Counted from the first letter of the stretch, positions 11,901 through 25,339 are shown. The stretch is 64,000 nucleotides of DNA from Mantamonas sphyraenae STR306 (GCA_026936335.1 JAPMXV010000009.1:250493-314492), one strand, 5' to 3'. Notes: generated by a model from the sequence alone, not told the origin. Numbers and translations are program-made.

Positions 11901-14900
11901 CGGGTCCAGTTCCTCGCCCACGTCTTCAATCAGCACCGGCGCACCCGCACGCAGCGCATTCTCGATCTTGCCCTTGAACATCACGTCGTCCAGATCCGTC
12001 ACCACCAGGTCCTTCCCCTCGCGGTTCTTGATCCAGTTCTTCGCCTGACCCTGCGGGTCGATCACCAGCGGGAACCTCTCTGACGACGTCGCCACAATTG
12101 CATTCTGCGTCGAGTGCTCATCGTTCGGCAGCCCCTCAATCAGCCACGAGTCCACGTCGTTCTGCTTCACCATAAACTCGGTCACATTCATGCCCGTCGT
12201 CCACGGGATCTGCCTGTCCGTCAGGTCCATTTCCAACTCCTCCATCAGCTTGTGACGGTAATCCTGGTTGAACGGACCTGCGTACGACACAAATGCCGAG
12301 CCCAGCGCCGCGTCGCCCGCCAGCCTGTGGATCTGCATGCGGTACTCCTTGGCCATCGTTGCCCAGCGGCGCTTCTCGTCCTTCAGACCCTCGATCAGCG
12401 TCGAGGCGTTGCTCATGTTGGTGCGGATCGAGTCGGCCTCGTCCTGCATCACGCGCTGCCTTGCCACAGCCTGGTCGTACTTGGCCTGGATCTTGTCCAC
12501 CTGCGCCTGCTTCTCCGCAAGCTGTTCCTCGGCACGATGCAGCTGCGCCGTCGCCACGCTCAGCTTCTTCTGCGCAATCTCCACCGCCGTGGTCAGCGGC
12601 GCAACCTTCTTGGCCACCGCCTGGAACCAAACCATGGTTTCGATCCACAGGTACAGCACGCCTCCAATCGCCTGCGACGCCTTGTTCGCGTTCTTTTCCG
12701 TCCACGACTCGGCCTGCAGGTACGGCTGCAGCAATTCCACCGTCTCGTCATTCACTGCACCCTTGGCAAAACCCTTGAGCTGCTTCAAAAAGTCGCTGCG
12801 CGACAGCATATCCTTGCCACCTTTCTTGCTCGGTTCGATGTAGTCCTTGCCGTCGGCCCACACTGCGTTCTGCAGCCCGGGAGCCTGGAACAGAATCACA
12901 ACGGCGTCCAGCAGGCGCTGCAGGAACATTGGCGGGCTAGCCATGTTACGCAGCGGTGCAATCTCGCTCTCCTTGATCCCCGCCAGCTTCTTCTCGGCCT
13001 TGTCCAGCTGCGGCTTGGTTTGAGCCAGAGCCTTCTCCGCCTCCTGCTTGTCGGCGTCGATCTTGGCTGCCTGTTCCATCAGCAGGTCGCGGTCCTTCTC
13101 CACTGCCTGCTTGGCCTGCGTGGCAATGGCCGTCTGCTGCGTGATCTCGGTCAGCTTCTCTTGCACGTCAGCCTGCGCCACAGCAAGATCCTTCTCCTTG
13201 GCCTCCAGCTCGGTCTGCAGGCCCTTCACGTCTGTGGCTGCCTTGAGCAGCATCTCCAGGCCGTTTTCCATGTTGGTGGCCAGTTTGCTCAGCTCCTTGT
13301 ACTTGCTGCCGTACACGCTCTTGTACGAGTTCAGGAAGGCCAGGAAAGACTTGGGCGTCACGTACACCTGACGGCGGTACCGTGCAAAGTACTTCTTGGT
13401 CATCTCGTTGACCATGTCGTGCACCACAGCCACATGCTCCACAAGCGACTGCTTGACCTCGTTCTCCGCGTCCATGTCAAACTCGGCCAGGTACTTGTCC
13501 GCCACAAGGACCAGGGCCTCGGGTTTCCAGCCCAGGAACCAATCGATGGTGCACGAGGACACAATGCCCGGGAAGCGCTGGGAACGCGAGCGGAACTTGC
13601 CTCCCACGGGCGAGAAGCACAGCACAGTGTGCAGGTTGTTGCGCACACGCGTCATAAAGTACTGCCACACGTCGAACGACTGGTCAAAGCCCTCGACGTT
13701 CTTGGACGCCGTGATGCCCAGTTCCGTCACAATGGCCTCGCGTTCGTCGCGTGCAAACAGGTTCGGGATGTCGCCCGACGTCAGCATGTTGTTGATGGTC
13801 TCCAAGAACGACTCCTGCTTCACGTCATTGTCCGTAAACAGGAACACCACTTGCTTGCCCTCCAGACCAGCCATGGTGTACAGCGTCTTGATGTCGTCCA
13901 ACAGGTTCGACTGTTTGTATGCGCGCGTCATGTGCAGCATCTGCACCTCGGCGCCAGCAATGAAGGCGGCCAGGCGCGTCAGGCTCTGTTTGCCCGAACC
14001 ACCCACTCCCACCAGCAACGCATGGCCGCCGGGCGTAGTCAGAATGCGCGAAATGCGCGTCAGATGGCGGATGGCGTCCTCAAAGAACACCAGGTCCAAC
14101 TTGAAGGTCTTGCTCTTGTACCGCGACTGGAACTCCATCAGGCGGTCGCGGATGGCGTCAAACGAGGCAACTGGCTCGTAGATCTTGGGATCGTCGTAAA
14201 AGTCTTCGTCGTCCTCGTCCTCACCCTCCAGAAGCTCGGCCTTGCGCATGAAATCGGCAAAGAGCACCTCGCGTGTGACCTCGGCCATCTCATTGCCAGA
14301 CATGTGGAACTCGTGCGTGAGCAGTTCGGCCACCAGCTTGTTGAAGAGCGTGATGTCATCTTCGTCGTTGAAGCGGTCGGGGAACACACGGCACACCTCG
14401 TGGTACCACAGCTGGAACAGCGTGCGCTCGTCGCGTACGACCTCCGGCGTGATCTTGGTCAGGCCTTCCACCACACGCGAAAGGTCGCGCAGGTTGAACA
14501 CGTAATGGAACTTGTCAGGCTTGCTCATGTAGTTGGCCTTGACGACCTGCCACACGCGTCGTGTCATCACAGCCAGCTTGCTGGCACCGTCGATCACGTT
14601 TGCGTTGAAGCCCACCTGGTCGCTAAAGAAGCCTTCCAGCACCAGGCCGTAAATGCGGTCAATCGACGCGTTTTCAGGCACGCTGCAGTTGAAAATGGCA
14701 AAATGGCGCTTCAGGCGTGCGGGGATGTCGTTGACACCTCCGCCCGGGTGGCGCATGGCCGCCAGGAACTGGACGTCCTGGATGTGTGCCCACTCGCCAG
14801 GCTCCTTCTTGTCGCGGAAGCCCTTCTCCTCCACAAGTTGGCGCACAATCTCGTTGGTCTCCTGGTCGCCCCAGCGGTTCTGGCGCGGCATGTTGATGTC

Positions 14901-17900
14901 GTCGATGAGGATGGACATCTTGGCCTGGCCAGGCGGACCCCACGTGTGGCGCATCGGGCGCTTCTCCACAGCAATCTCCACGTTGTTTTGGAACACAGCG
15001 GGCGACGTCGTGTATGAAAAGTTCATGCGCTTGGTCAGGTGGTTCTTGGAGCGGCGCGTGTCCAAAAAGTTGTTCAGCACCACGGTCTTGCCCGAGCCTG
15101 GCTCACCAATCAGCATCACCGCCTTTTCCTGCTTCCACATCAGTTCGGAGAGGTAGTGCAGGCGCACGTTATCCACAGTGGGCACCACAATGTCACGGAA
15201 CGCCATGCCCGGCTTGTACTGCCAGTCCGGCACCTGCGTGTCCCAGTGCACCCAGTCACCGTGTGCGTCCACCTTGTACTCAAACACCGTGTCTGCGTCG
15301 GTGGGCACATCCACGCCCAACGTGGCCAGGAAATCGTGGAAGCGGTGCTTGTCCTCGGCCTCCAACAAGCCTCCCAGGCCCCAGGCCGCCGAAAACACAA
15401 CCGCACGCTCCACCCACTGTTCGTCAAACTGCTTGTGTGCGGGCAACAGGGCCGTCAGCAAGTCGCACACAACCTGCACCTGGTGCAGCTCGTACACCTT
15501 GGTTTTGTTCTTGCACTTTTCGGCCACAAAGTCAAACAGCGGCTGGCAGATGCGCGTGAACAGGGCGTTGATCTGCTCCAGGCGCTCTGCGTTCTGCTCA
15601 GGCAGGCGCTCGGGCTTGTTCAGATAGGCCTCAAAGTACGGCCGCCAGCCCAACGAGCTAACGCTGACATAAATCATACCGTTGCGCGAAACCGTGGCAG
15701 GCGACGCGTGCTCCAGGTTGTCCACCTCAAAGATGAGCTTCATGGTGGGCGGCATGGGCTTGCGTTCGCCGTTGCTCAGCGTCAGCGTTTTGTTGTCGTC
15801 CAGCACGGTGTTGAGATCTTCAATCCACACAGCGTCGACGGGGCCGTCCAACACCAGCCACAGGTGCACGTTCTTGCGCGTGTCGTTGCTCTTGTTCATC
15901 CACAGCTGCGAAAAGATGCCCATGACCCAGTCGCCCGTGGCAATGTCCGGGTGACCAAACATCTCGTCGTGACCGATGGCCTTCGGGTTCATGCGCTCCT
16001 CCTCCACCTTGTCGCCCATGCCCGACAGCGCCTCGCGCACTGTGGTGATACAGCTTGTCTTGCCACAGCCCGACGGGCCCAGCACCATGATACCGTGGCG
16101 CACCAGCTGTGTCTCGTACAGCTGCACACATTTGAGGTTCCACGACGGATGGTTGACCCAGCCGTGCTCCTGCGTCACGCGGTCGATCTGCTGCTGCAGC
16201 GCAGTCGTGTCGCTTGACGACACCTCGGCGTTGGGGAACAGGTCGTGGATGAGCGAGTTGAACAGCGCTTCGTCGTCGTCCACGAGCTTGCTCAGGTTCA
16301 TGTCGCGCAGCACGCGCATGAGAATGGACGCCTCGCTTTCGTTGGGGTGGTCGCGTCGCTCTTGGCCACATGTGCGCAGTACAGACAGGATGTTGCGCAG
16401 GCCAAAGTCGTAGTGGGTCTGCTTGCTCAACTGCTGTTCGGCCAGCGAATACAGCGTGTTGAACTTGTCCGACAGCACCGGGTAGTGCTGGAAACCGGCC
16501 GCGGCCAGCTTCACCTTCATGATCTCACGTCGGTTGGGCACCATCATGGCTACGGTGCGGAACTGGATCTTCAGGTTCTCCGGAAGCTCCTGGCGTCCGG
16601 CGTAGCCCGGGTTCATCGTGATGAACATGCCCGAGCCCGGCGTGAGCGGCACAGTGCTGCCATCCGAGAACTGAAAGTCGATTGCGTTTTCGCGCTTGGC
16701 CGTGAGCACGCTCTGGATCTGCTGGGCAGCCACAGAGAGCACGGGCAGCTTGATGCGGTTAAACTCGTCAAAGTCGCCCCAGCAGCCGCAGTGCGCAATG
16801 CCCTTGAAGATGCGGCCCAGGGTGTCGATCGTGTACGAGTCGGAGCAGTTGAACACCACCACATACTTGCCCAGCGACTTGCCCATGTCCTTCACGGTCT
16901 CTGTCTTGCCCGTGCCTGCAGGACCTGCAGGCGCACCGCCCAGGTTCAGGCCCATGGCTTGTGCCAGGGTGATGTAGCAGCGATCCGTGAGCTCGGTGAT
17001 GACCAGGCGGTCCTTGGCGCCGCAGTACTCGTACGAGTAGATAAAGTCCACGTTGGTGATCTGCACCTGACACTCGTCGATGTCCTCACGCCAGTAGAAG
17101 CGCGTCTGCTTGAGCCACTCAAAGTCGTTGGCTGTCTTGATGCTGTTGTCCTTGAGGCGCAAGAAGACATCGGCCTGGTGCATCTGCACCGTGATCATGG
17201 TTTCGATCTTGCGGCGCTTCAGAGGGCTGAGGTGAGGGTCGTTGGTCAGCTCAATGAGCGTGCGCAACACAGCCTCCGTCTCCTTCTTGTTGTTGTACAT
17301 GGCCATGCGCTCGTTCTTGGCGCGTGCCAGTGCGTCCTCAGAGTCGCGCGTCCACTTGAGCTGCAGCCCCAGAAGGGCCACCTGGGTTTGGTACACGTCG
17401 ATAAACTCGCGCAGGTCCATGTCCAGGTTGTTTGCGGCATCGCGCACAATGTCCTTGACCGACTCTTGCATGCTCTCGATGAGCACGTTGAGCCAGTCCT
17501 CCACGTGCTTATCTGCAACCACGGGCACGCTGAGCTCGATGTTCTCGCCCAGGCTGTCGTTGATGTGCGTGATGCGGTTGTACGCCTTGGGTTCGTTCTG
17601 CGCCTCGCTCTCGAAAGTCAGACGCTTGATGTTGTCGTAGAAGATGTCCTCGACGTGCTTCTGGATGTTGTGCGTGTCCGACGCGTTGCCCAACACTTCC
17701 AGCATGGTCATGTCCGACACAAAGTAGAAGCGCGGGAACACACCGCGCTTGAGCTCCAAGTACCAGTCCAGGCGGCGCTGGCACGATTCGAGCAGGCCAA
17801 TCAGATGCGGCAGCAGTGTCTGCAGGTTCTCGTCCTGTGTGCACAGCGCAATGACGTTGGGGTTGTCCACGGCGTCGTTCATGATCTTGGTCCACTGCTT

Positions 17901-20900
17901 GTTGATCTGCTGGAACTTCTTGGTCTCCTTGGGCAGCTCGGAGCTGATGTCGCCTCCGCCAAACACAGCCTCGAGATACGACCACGAGTTTTGCACCACG
18001 AGCCATTTGTCGATGACAAAGCGGACTGTGTCGAGCTTGGTCACCCACTGGTCGATCTTGGGCTTGAAGAAGGCGTTGTTCGGGTGTGCCACGAGCTGCG
18101 AAATCTGCAGCTGGCTCTCGTCCAGCAGCGTGATGGTATCCTGGATCTCGGGCGACTTGAGGAGCATGTTTGCCTGGCCTTTGTACTCGTCAAAGAAGAA
18201 CTGCTGGTCCTCCCAGTCCTCACGGATCTTGTCCAGTGCGTTCTCGATGTTGGCTTCACGGATGGCCGAGTCGTAGATGTCTTCCACGTCGATGGCAAAG
18301 TCGTTGATGCCAATGTCGAGCAAGTGGCGCAGGCGGAACTCGTGCTTGTCCAATGGGAACTTGCTGTTGCTCACTGTCATCAGCTGTGTCCAGTGACGAG
18401 GGCGGATACTCTTGTGCTTGAGCTGAGCCAGCAGCGGGATGGTCTCCAGAAAAGCGGAGATCATGGCCGTGAGCTCTTTGTACGCGTCCCAGGTGCGCGT
18501 GGCACGCGGCAGGCTGCGCACCTTGCTCTGGAACTCCACCATCTTGGCCTCAAGCTCGTCGACAACCAGCTTCTGCCAGAGAAGGGTACGTGTCTGCTCC
18601 AAGTAGCGCTCGACGGCTTCGTACAGGTTGTACAGGTCGCGCAGGCGCACGAGTTCGCTCTGCATTTTGCGCAGTTCGGTGAACTCGGTGATGGGCATGC
18701 CAAACAGTTCCTCGCCCATGTTGTACTTCTCCCACTTGATCTTCTTGTCCTCAAACTCGCGGTCAAACAGGCGCAGGCGCTCGATGGCCTGGCGGGCAGA
18801 GATGCCGGGACCATGGGCCCGCGTTCGTTGTAGCGCGAGCGGAAGTACTTGACGTCGTCATCAAAGGCCTTGATGTCCTTGATGAGTTTCGTGCGGAAGT
18901 CGGGCTGGCGCTCAAGCAGCTCTGTCTCCACGGCGTTGGCCTGGGCCTTGATTTTGATCCAATTGCCGCGCAGCTCGTCGACAATGTCGCCTTCATCCTT
19001 GGTGTGCACGGGGATGCGGTAGCGCTGGAGCAGAGAGTAGGCCTCCTCGATAGGCGAGATCTGCATATCCACAAGGGACTCCATCTCACGCAATTCGGCA
19101 AGGGCCTCCATGATGGGCTTGACGTCGTCGAGTTCCTTGATGTCGCGACCCAGCTTGAGCTTGGTCTCGTCCAGAAACTCCTGCATGCCCTCCATTTTGA
19201 CCTTGGCCATCTTGTGCAGCTCGGCGCCGTAGTACTCCTTCCAGCCGGAGGCCTCGGAGCGCAGGGCATCCTTGAGCTTGGAGCTCTCGAGGGAGAGGCA
19301 GCCGATGTTGTGGTTCATGGGGATGTCGTTGATGTCCTCTTCGATGCCCTCAAAGTGCTGGATGACGTTTTCAAAGTCGTCGATGGGCGGCTCGATGCGG
19401 CCCGCGAGGAAGCGACGGTACTCCATGGCCTTGTCGTCAGTCCACAGGTACTGGTACGAGGTAAAGGTGCCGAGGTACTCGTGGACAGTCTTGCGCAGGT
19501 GTTCGATGGAGCCCGTGAGCAGGAGGACGACCTTGACGATGTCCTTCTTGCTGGTGATGTTGGGGTACAAGGAGCGGAGCTCTGCGCCGAGGGAGCGATC
19601 CTGGCCCCAGCAGTAGACGTTCTTTGCGCCGGAGAGGATGGCGATGCAGGCCTTGTTCATGCCTTCCTGGATGTCCTCGAGGCTGGGGTTCATGACGACG
19701 TTGGGCACGGCGAGCTCGACGTTGACGCGGAAGAGCGGGAACAGGATGCCACCCATGAGGAAGGAACGGCGCGCGGGTTGGAAGCGCTTCTTGATCATGT
19801 TGAGGGAGCGCTTCATGCAGGCGAGCAGGGCCTCAAAGTTGAGCCTGTTGTAGTAGTAAAACAGATTGCGGATGTCGTGCTCGACGCTTGCGCGCTGCTC
19901 CATGCTGTAGTCGTCGACGATGATCTTGACGAGCTCGTTAAGCTGCTTCTCGATGGCCTCGGAGCGTGAATCGATGATTGCAGAGACGCGCTTGACGTGG
20001 TGTTTGGTTTTTGTGACAAACTCGTCGACGCTCCAGGTCTCGTTGAATGGCAGGGTGACGAGGACGGAGCGGGAGATGAACGCGAGGTTGGAGTCGACAC
20101 TGTAGTCGATGATGTCGTTTGCGCGCGTGACGAGCTCCTCGATGTTGTCCAAACTCTGCTTGATGGAGCCAAGGTAGTGGTCAATGTTGAGGGATGTCCA
20201 GGTGAGGGTGGTGAGACCCGGGGCAATCTTGTCGTCAAGGTCGTCGATGTGGTACTTCATGAGCTTGAGGTAGACGCGGGAGATCTTGTCCATGACGCGA
20301 TCGTGTTCGCTGAGCATGTGCTGCAGGTTGTCGTAGTAGCCCTTGAACTTGGCCTCTTGCATGCAAACGAGGCGAGCACTCTCGGGCACGTCGAGTCCCA
20401 TGCGCTGGATGGACTTTGTGTCGCGGATGAGGCGAAGAATCTGAGGGTCAAAGTTGACGTAGAGATCGCCCTTGGAGTCGCGCACGAGCAGGGTTGCGTG
20501 CAGTCCAGACTTTGCAGTGGTGACAGCGTTGCACCAGGCACGGTGCCACACGGTTTCGTACTCAATGAGAGCCGATGCGAGGCGGTTGAAGCTCTTGATG
20601 ATGCGCTTTGCCTCCGGGCCGCCCATGATACCTGGAATGCCCTGGAACATGGCCATGGGCTCTTCGATCATGGACAAAAGCTGGCGAGCCCACATGATCT
20701 TGCCTGCAACGGGAGTTGCGTTGCGGGGCACAGGTGGGTTTTCCTTTTCGGACTCGTAGAGGCGACGCACGATTTCCAGATCACGTCCGTAGTTTGAAAA
20801 GATCAGGGTGTACTTTTGCTCGAGATCCATCTTGAGGGACTCGCGCTGCAGGATGCCCTGGAACTGCTTGAGGAGGGCAAGGGAGCGCTCGGTGGATTTC

Positions 20901-22913
20901 TGTTTTCGGGCAGGGAAAGGGTGGGAGGAGAGGGGAGGGGAAGGGGAGAGCGTGAGCGGGGGGTGGGAGAGGAGGCGGGGAGGGCTATTGGGTGGTAACG
21001 CACGATGTTGGCAAAGCACTCGTGGATAAAGGCCTGGAGGTCTTTTTCGAGATCCATGATTGCACGCATAAAGTTGACGTAGTCGGCTTCAAACTCTTGC
21101 TTGCGGTAGTCGAGGACGTCGTAGGGCTTGCGCTTGATGGCGAGGACAATGTCGTGAAAACGCTTCATGATGTCGTCCATGCCGTCGATGGTCGAGTCGG
21201 CAAGGGAGGAAAACTCCTCGATGGTAGAGAACATGTCAATGAGCTTCTGGAGACGCTTGCAGAACTGATCAAACTTGCCAAAGATCATCATTTCGCTGAG
21301 GTCGAACTGGCGGTCCTTGGGCTGGTTCTGGAGACGCTGTCGGGCGGCGCGGTAGTTCTTCTGGTAGGCGTCGTTGAGGGCAATGCAGTTGCGGAGCTTG
21401 TCGATGAGGGGCAGACGTTCCTGTTGCCACAATTTGCCGCCGTCGCTGAGGTAGGACTTGCAGATGTTGATGAGCTGGTTTGTGATCTTGACAAAGAGGG
21501 CAGTCATGCGGTCGGGGGTGTTGTAGTACTTGGCGACCGAATGCATGCGCTCGATAGCCGCAATGAGATGCGGGATCTGATCGATCATCTGGATGGGATC
21601 ACTCTTGTAGAGGGGCTCGTTGAAGCGGTCGATGGCCTGGAGGTAGCGAACGTTGTTCTTGGCCTCGTTGGCGGAATCGGTGACGCGCTCGTCGAGAGCA
21701 CGGAAACTCTTGAAGGTCTTTGAACGTGCCTGGGAAAGGACGCCTGTGACGATGCGAGCCTCCTTGGTCTTGAGCTGGTCAGTGATGCTTTGGAACTTGG
21801 CCATGCGGGAACGCCAGTACTCGAGCTCTGCGTAGGGGCCGACATCGTCAGACTCTTGGCGCACCTGCTCGGTCTCACTGAGCATAGAGTCGATCTGGTG
21901 GATCCAGGTGTCGCAGACGGCCTCGAACGAGGCGCGGATGCGTTCGTTGACGGCACCCTTGAGAAAGTCAGTTTGGCGGTTCTCGAGGCCAAAGAGATTG
22001 TCGGGCTTGGCGAGGACGATGCCGTCCTTGACGTTGTGCATGGCTTCGTTGAGGCGAGAGACAAAGGAGTTGAGGAGGTCGAGAAACTCGTTGACCTCCT
22101 TTTCGTCGTTCCATTTGAGCCAGCTTGCCTCGTCCTTGGCCTTGAGGGCGGGCAGGATGAGGTGTTCGACAGTGCTCTTGAGGCTATCGAGGATGGGCTC
22201 CTCGAGAAAACCAAAGATGAGCTCCTGGTCCATGTTCTTTGCGTTGACGGGCTGGGCAGACGGGTTGAGAAAGTAGACGACGCGGCCCTCCAATGGTTCC
22301 TCTGTGCCGTCGCTGATGTAGAGCACGGGCTCGCTGTCCTGTCCCTGGTCGTCGTCAGCGTGTGCATCACTGGCGTGGTTGAGGGAGAAGGAGCTGCTCG
22401 ATGCACCCATCATGCCGTTGGCGGTGGAGGAAGAGGAGCTGCTGCTGCTGCTGCTTGATGAACTGGAGCTGGAAGAGGACTCCTGGTTCTGGGAATCCCA
22501 AGCGGTGGAGCTTGGGGCTTGGAAATACCACAGCAAGGCGGGCGGACCCGTTGCATCCAAAAAGTTGTGGATCTTGGTGGCGTTCTCCGGCTGGAAAGGG
22601 CAAGTGGGCGCGCAACGGTAAGTTTTCGCACAGAAGAATGAGGCAGGCGGCGCGGGGCCGAGGTGGGTGGACGGATGCGCTGGGGTGTCGTGGCCGGTTG
22701 CAAAGAGATGGGCGGAGTGGCATGGAGGTGGGGCAAGGCTGGGAGGGCGGGGTTGTGGACGACGGGAGGGTGGAGCAGGGCAGGCACGTGGCGGCTGACA
22801 TGCGCGCAACGGCGGGAACATACTTGGGAAATGATGCTAGCTTCGACGTCGATATCTTCCATATCGAACGCCTCGGCCACCTTTGTGAACACCCACTTGA
22901 ATCGGTTGTCCAT
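8910..22913 (-). CDS. Axonemal outer-arm dynein heavy chain (DNAH5/8, gamma-type), about 4550 aa; one apparent 1-nt frameshift at about 18808
   Basis: Exons 22913-22824, 22590-21004 and 20899-8910. Four P-loops: GPAGTGKTET, GPSGCGKT, GEPGSGKT, GVGGSGKQS. Also FPRFYFVSD and the N-terminal GPYAELEYWRSRMAKF. ORFs 20803-22821, 18461-21019 and 8910-18719 are consecutive pieces of this gene. Confidence 0.95.
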
Positions 22914-22982
22914 TGTGGCTGTCGTGAAGGGTTTTGTTTTTGGTTGGGGAAGAGGGCGCGTGCTGGGCCACACGAAGCAAGC

Positions 22983-24266
22983 ATGAGTGGATTTGATGTG
23001 GACAGCATCGGCAACATGAAAGTGGCGGAACTGAGAGCGCAGCTGAAGGAGGTTGGGGAGAGCACAAGCGGGCGCAAGGCCGAATTGGCGGAACGTCTGC
23101 GGGAGTACTACGCAAACGCTGGGGGCGAGGACGAAAGCGGAGGCGAGGATGAGGAGGACGCAATGGAGGAGGTAGAGGAGAAGGAGGGAAAGACAGTGGA
23201 CGGTGGGGCGGAGGAGAAGACAGAGGGGACGGCGAAGAAGCGGGGCCGAGAGGAGATGGAAGAAGAGGGAGCGGAGGTGGGGTCGGGGACGTCGCCTGCC
23301 GAGGCAGCAGAGGCAGAGGCGGACGCAGTAGAGGGTGGAGAGGGCGCAAGTGCAGGAGATGCAGACGATGATTTGCTGAGTGGAGGCGTGGAGGAGCCAG
23401 AGAGCAAGCGTGCGCGTGTGGAAGACGAAAGCGTCGACAGCAGCAAGGGAAGCGAGAGCAGCAGTAGCAGCGGAAGCAAGGCGGAGATGGAGTCGAGCGT
23501 AGCCGTGGCAGTTGAAGCAGAGGCGGCGACGGCAACGTCGTCGTCATCGGAAGCAGCACATGCGAACGAGGGAGTGGAGGAAGGTGGGAAAGCTGCAGAG
23601 GGAGACGTGGTGGACGAGAGCGGCGGCAACGAAGCGACGGTGGTGCTTGTGGAGGGTCTGAAGAGGCCGTTCAAGGTGCCCAAGCTGCACACGACTCTGC
23701 AGGAGGAAGGAAAGTTTGGCGAGTTTTGGATGAACAGCATCAAGTCGACGGCGCTGGCGTACTTTGAGTCGACGAGTGTGGCGGCAGCTGTGGCGGAGCG
23801 GTTGAACGGCAAACAGTGGCCTGACGCGCTGGGTGGAGAGCTGAGTGTGCGCACAGTGAGCAAGGAGGATGCAGAGGACGTAAAGGCAGGCAAGCCTGTG
23901 CTGACGGCGGAGGAAAAGGCGGCAGCGGCGGAGGCGGAGGCGGCGAAGCAGCGGCGGAAGGAGGAGCGGGAGAAGCGACGTGCAGAGAAGGAGGCAGCAA
24001 AGGAGGCGGCACGAGAGAAGGCGCAGGAGGAGGAGGCGTCGAGGGTGGTGCACAGGGTGAGTCTGAACAAGCTTGCCGAGGAAAAGGGTGTCGAAGTGGG
24101 CACAAAGTCGCAGGAGGGCGATGCGGTGCAGGCAGAGGAGAAGCCGGCCAAAGAAGAGAAGCCTGTGAGGCCGCTGTCTGAGCTGTTCCGTCTGACGACG
24201 GCGGAGCCGCGGTTGTACTGGTTGGGAAACAAGGCGTACGAAGAAGGCAAGGGCAAACGGTGGTGA
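22983..24266 (+). CDS. ACIN1: Acinus-like protein (SAP domain, RRM, RSB motif)
   Basis: SAP domain MKVAELRAQLKEVGESTSGRKAELAERL; Acinus-type RRM EGLKRPF...FWMNSIKS...LNGKQWP; RSB-like LSELFRLTTAEPRLYWL. Confidence 0.85.
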   Translation: MSGFDVDSIGNMKVAELRAQLKEVGESTSGRKAELAERLREYYANAGGEDESGGEDEEDAMEEVEEKEGKTVDGGAEEKTEGTAKKRGREEMEEEGAEVGSGTSPAEAAEAEADAVEGGEGASAGDADDDLLSGGVEEPESKRARVEDESVDSSKGSESSSSSGSKAEMESSVAVAVEAEAATATSSSSEAAHANEGVEEGGKAAEGDVVDESGGNEATVVLVEGLKRPFKVPKLHTTLQEEGKFGEFWMNSIKSTALAYFESTSVAAAVAERLNGKQWPDALGGELSVRTVSKEDAEDVKAGKPVLTAEEKAAAAEAEAAKQRRKEEREKRRAEKEAAKEAAREKAQEEEASRVVHRVSLNKLAEEKGVEVGTKSQEGDAVQAEEKPAKEEKPVRPLSELFRLTTAEPRLYWLGNKAYEEGKGKRW

Positions 24267-24378
24267 AGTGTGCTTTGGATTGAAATGATTGCAGTTTGTT
24301 CATTGTGTATCGAGTGGTCGTGTGAGGTTGAGGTAGGTGCATGTGCGTGTGTGTTTGTGTGTGTGTGTGTGCGACAGA

Positions 24379-25219
24379 TCAAAAGTCGCGATGGGGCTTG
24401 GCCCAGCCCAGACGAGCCTCCATGACCTGGTGCATGTCGACGCTCTCCTCCTCTTCCTTCTCTTCAGGGTTGCCGAGGAAGTCCTCGTAGTCAATGTCTG
24501 TGTCCTTGCCGAGGAGGGTTTCAAGGCCGAGAAACTCGCTCTTGATGCCCGGGAGGCGCTGGCACTTTGCGACCATGGTCTGCTCGAGCATAAGGCGCTG
24601 CGGGAAGTGGTTGCCATACATGCGTGCAAGAGTGGTTGCACGTGACTTGGACTTCTGGTTGGACTGCTGTGGGTTTGTGGTTTTGCAATGGCGAGTGAGC
24701 GGAAAGTGGCGAAGCGAGGGAAGAGGGAAGCGGACGGAGGCACGATGAACGGGTCGGAAAACGGCATTGACGGGCTGGTTGGGCGATGGCCAATGACCAG
24801 AGACGGGGAGAACGCAAACGGAGAACGGGAGAAAGGGCGCAGGTAATGGCACGGCCGCGGAAAGGAGGGAGCGGGGAGAGGTTGGACGGAGGGAGGGGAT
24901 TGGTGGGCAGAGATTCCGTCGGGCGTGGGCAAGGCGCGGTAGGACGCCGATGGGTCGAGAGTGGACGTACCTCCTTGAGCTGCTCAATCGGGTGCTTGGG
25001 TGCCGTCTGGTGGTAGAAGCTTTGGAATCCCTCACGCAGAGTGTCGTGGGATTCACGCAACACAGGCATGGAAGCGCCAGTGGAGCTCTGCAGGTAAGGA
25101 GGTGGGCAGAAGAGAGAGTGTGGGAATGGGTTGTAGATTGGACCAAGAGTGGTGTGTGAGCGGCATGCTGCTGGCGGGTAGGGGCGTGGAAGGTGCGGAC
25201 AGCAGAGGGAACTGACCAT
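24379..25219 (-). CDS. POMP: Proteasome maturation factor UMP1/POMP; 3 exons, the first coding only ATG
   Basis: Exons 25219-25217, 25087-24971 and about 24666-24379 (tandem CAGCAG acceptor). Motifs HDTLREG, HPIE, MYGNHFPQRLMLE, RLPGIKS, LETLLGKDTDIDYEDFLG, HQVMEARLG. Confidence 0.85.
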
Positions 25220-25339
25220 TTTTGTGGAGAGGAGTTTGCTGTGTGTGTGTGCGCGGGCGAGGGCAATTTCATCGAACAGCAGAAGCAAAGAGAGTGCACT
25301 CCCCATCCGACAGACTACGAATCTATCAAACACAAGTGC

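Noticed and set aside
8634-18833. Long plus-strand ORFs (1149, 967, 862 aa) opposite dynein; likewise 6595-8949, 25430-26935 and 61235-62647
   Set aside because: Antisense shadows of GC-rich coding sequence, with no recognisable motifs.
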